Assembly (NCBI RefSeq): GCF_018350175.1 | Contig: NC_058369.1 | Span: 81,964,001-82,028,000, forward strand | DNA: 64,000 nucleotides | Source: Felis catus | Lineage: Eukaryota | Direction of reading: 5' to 3' | Shown here: piece after piece, positions 61,428-64,000 of the stretch | How positions within the stretch are numbered: the first letter of the stretch is position 1 | Layout of the letters: the number at the start of each line of letters is the position of its first letter | Notes under the pieces: generated by a model | Told to the model about the DNA's origin: nothing | Seen by the model: only the letters and a program-made list of their open reading frames with translations | Database searches by the model: none | Position numbers and translations under genes: made by a program

Positions 61428-62943
61428 AAACAAAAATTTCAATAAAAATTATAAACTTCCAAGATTGCCTTTCATTCAGTTATTTTGGAAGTGTGTTTCT
61501 ATAATAATTATGTAGGTTAGACTCTCAACTAGTGAATTCACCTTTTATTTTCTAAAAAAAAAAGATGATATACTAGAAATTAATTTATAAGGTGTTATGT
61601 AGAAATAAAATCTGGTATTTATTTAAAACTTAAATGTCCTGGATTTTTACTGACCTACAACATTCCTGTGGAAAGGGGCATCATAGCAATGGAGAAATAA
61701 ATTTCCAGAATATTCAAGCAACTGAGTTGTCTGCTATGACCACTGAAAGCCAGTGATAAAAATATATTTTGTGTTTCACTTATCACTACTCAGTAGAGAA
61801 GACACTTTAAAAAAGCATTAAAATTTTACTACAGGTTTAGGTTATAAATGGCATTTTAAAATAGGTAGAACAAGGATAATTGTTTGCAAAGCACAATTCA
61901 GGATTATCTATGTGTAAGAGCATCGTATGTTCTAGTAACTTAAATACAATTCAATTATTTACAGAAATAATCTGTCTCCATACAGATGCATGAAATTAAT
62001 GTCTCCTACTGTGGCAACTGTTTATTAAGGTGTAGGATTAAGAGCATTTGCAGATTAGAAAAAGCAAAAGTAAATGATTTACATCAGTGCTAAAGATATG
62101 CATACACTCAGAAATTTAGGATTAGAAGAGACCTTTAAGGCAACCTACTCTAACCACTGCAAGTTTAGGGCAATGTGGAAAATGCTAAAACAAGCTCAGT
62201 AGATGGTGATTACAACTGGGGGTTTTTTACACTGTACTGCTCACAGGACTTGCTGCCATCATTCTATGTGTCTACAAGAGCTCCTCTGCCCCCACAAAGT
62301 CATGAGAAATGCAAAGGTGAAGAATTGCCTGTCAAGATGAGCCTGTCATGGGTCATCCAATGAACACATGCTCCATCCTTAAACACAACTCTGGGAATTA
62401 GAGGGGTTCCCGGTCCCCACCTGTCAGACACTGAACACAAGAGGATGACAGGGTTGGGTGGAGGGGAAAGGAGGCAGAGACGTGTATTTCCTGACTTTGT
62501 GGTTTAACCTGCAAACTTCCTGCTGCATCACTTACAGTCTGCATGTCTATTCACAAGGGTTCTCAAAGGAAACAGTGAGGGCCTGGTGAAGGAACAAGCT
62601 CATCTTTTCCTTGTTTTTCTACAGCGAAGCAGGAAAATTTAATAACTCTTTACAGTAAAAGATGGAAGGGCCTTTAGGAAAACGCTACCACTGTGCATAC
62701 AGAAAATTTAGGAATGAATCAAACACACCTGATTATATTTAGATAGTCTAAATACAAAATGGGCAAGTATCACAATTTATGCCAGTACTTATTTTCCTAT
62801 GTCTGTGTTACCTAAAGTAAATTTATTTTTCTAAATGCCTTTTTGATACAAACCACTGCCTTGAGACTAAGCATATAGTTCTAACATCTAAATACGAAAG
62901 AAGAAACCTTTTTCAGGGGCAGCCTATACATGGTTTTTGCTTT

Positions 62944-63163
62944 TAAAAAAATGTTCATTTATTTTTGAGAGAGAGAGAGAGACAGAGCACGAGCCGGGGA
63001 GGGGCAGAGAGAGAGGGAGGGAGACACAAAATCCAAACAGGGCTCCAGGCTCTGAGCTGTCAGCACAGAGCCCCATCTGGGGCTCGAATTCATGGACCGT
63101 GAGATCATGACCTGAGACGAAGTCAAAGTCAGACACTTAACCGACTGAGCCATCCAGGCACCC
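62944..63163 (-). mobile_element. CAN-SINE
   Basis: Perfect TSD CATGGTTTTTGCTTT at 62929-62943 and 63164-63178. Confidence 0.94.
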
Positions 63164-63782
63164 CATGGTTTTTGCTTTCTGATCCAACAAAAACTCAGTT
63201 TACTGCCCCATGTTTAGGGGAAAAGAAACAATATTTTATCTCAGCACTTCCCAACTGAAAAGTAGAGAGGAAGGACCAAGAGGAAGAAAAGGTTGAATGG
63301 AGTGAATTTGCTCAGGATTACTAACTTCTACTGATCTTGAAGCTCTACACTTATTATAGATTTTCCTTATGAGGCTGGGAAGAGGTCTTAGTAAATCTAC
63401 TTAGTAAACAGAGCAGCTTACAAACAATAGCATTGGCCCAGCCCTTCCTCATTAATAAAAACCTAAGAAATATTTTAATCCACCCTAGTTGCTAAAAAAA
63501 ATTAAAATACCATTTGAAGATGACAGATGAGGCTTAATTCTTAGTCGTAAGAAGAGTAACACATATTCTATACCTTCACCTTCAATTCCATTTTATATAA
63601 ATACTTTGGCTCACAGCAAGTATTTACTATTATTTTTCTGCCAGAAAACTCCAACTCAGATCCTTATCAGTCAAAAGACAAATGAAATCACAGCCATGGT
63701 TACTGTGACAGGGATGTCCTACAAATGACCCATGACGGTCAATCAATTTTAATTACATAAAGAACACAAAGGGTTAACTTAC

Positions 63783-63865
63783 TGTATTCCAAGTGAGCAC
63801 TGAGGAATATGGCAAAAGTTTATCCATGTTACTGGTCTCTGGACACATGCTCCAATATGAAGAAG
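63783..63865 (-). CDS. GSAP: GSAP coding exon (most 5' in window)
   Basis: minus: ttcag|CT TCT TCA TAT TGG...AAT ACA|gtaagt; (A)SSYWSMCPETSNMDKLLPYSSVLTWNT vs recalled human ASSYWSVYSETSNMDKLLPHSSVLTWNT; 83 nt. Confidence 0.93.
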
Positions 63866-64000
63866 CTGAACAGATTTGTGAAAGGAAAGGAAAAAAAAAA
63901 AAGACATGGTTTAATAAGAATAAGGCAGTAGACACTGTCATTCACCACAACAAGCAAACCCAAAAGTGTTTTTATTGCCTTATCCTTACCCTGGAAAGCC

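Noticed and set aside
3102-63153. Many 60-130 aa ORFs such as MAQSVK..., RERERE..., THTHTH...
   Set aside because: They are translations of CAN-SINEs and microsatellites.
1-64000. CRISPR arrays, rRNA, U12-type introns, bacterial-style operons
   Set aside because: No regularly spaced repeat-spacer units, no rRNA-like sequence, and no RTATCCTT donor at any called exon; the sequence is clearly mammalian.

Overview
Mammalian genomic DNA from a felid, judged by the felid-type CAN-SINEs and L1 3' ends; the species cannot be determined. The window holds the 3' halves of two convergent genes. CCDC146 (+ strand) has 12 coding exons at 741-26286, giving 702 full codons plus stop. GSAP (gamma-secretase activating protein/PION, - strand) has 14 coding exons at 63865-29413, giving 384 full codons plus stop. 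I located every exon by hand at GT-AG boundaries, and both frames are continuous across all junctions. Gene identity rests on my recollection of the human proteins, not on a database search. The rest is intron or intergenic DNA with 31 CAN-SINEs, L1/L2/MIR relics, MaLR and MER21-like LTRs, Tigger and Mariner DNA-transposon relics, STRs and three N gaps. There is no prokaryotic-type system, CRISPR array or RNA gene. The best lead is in one CCDC146 intron (10636-12744). It starts with an in-frame stop and a triple-AATAAA cluster. It ends in a DNA-transposon half that keeps 18 CpGs and three TGACG half-CREs (the other half keeps 1 CpG), just upstream of an in-frame ATG. This suggests a candidate internal promoter or split-transcript arrangement. 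A strong 26:5 SINE orientation bias spans both genes. All regulatory interpretations are inference.
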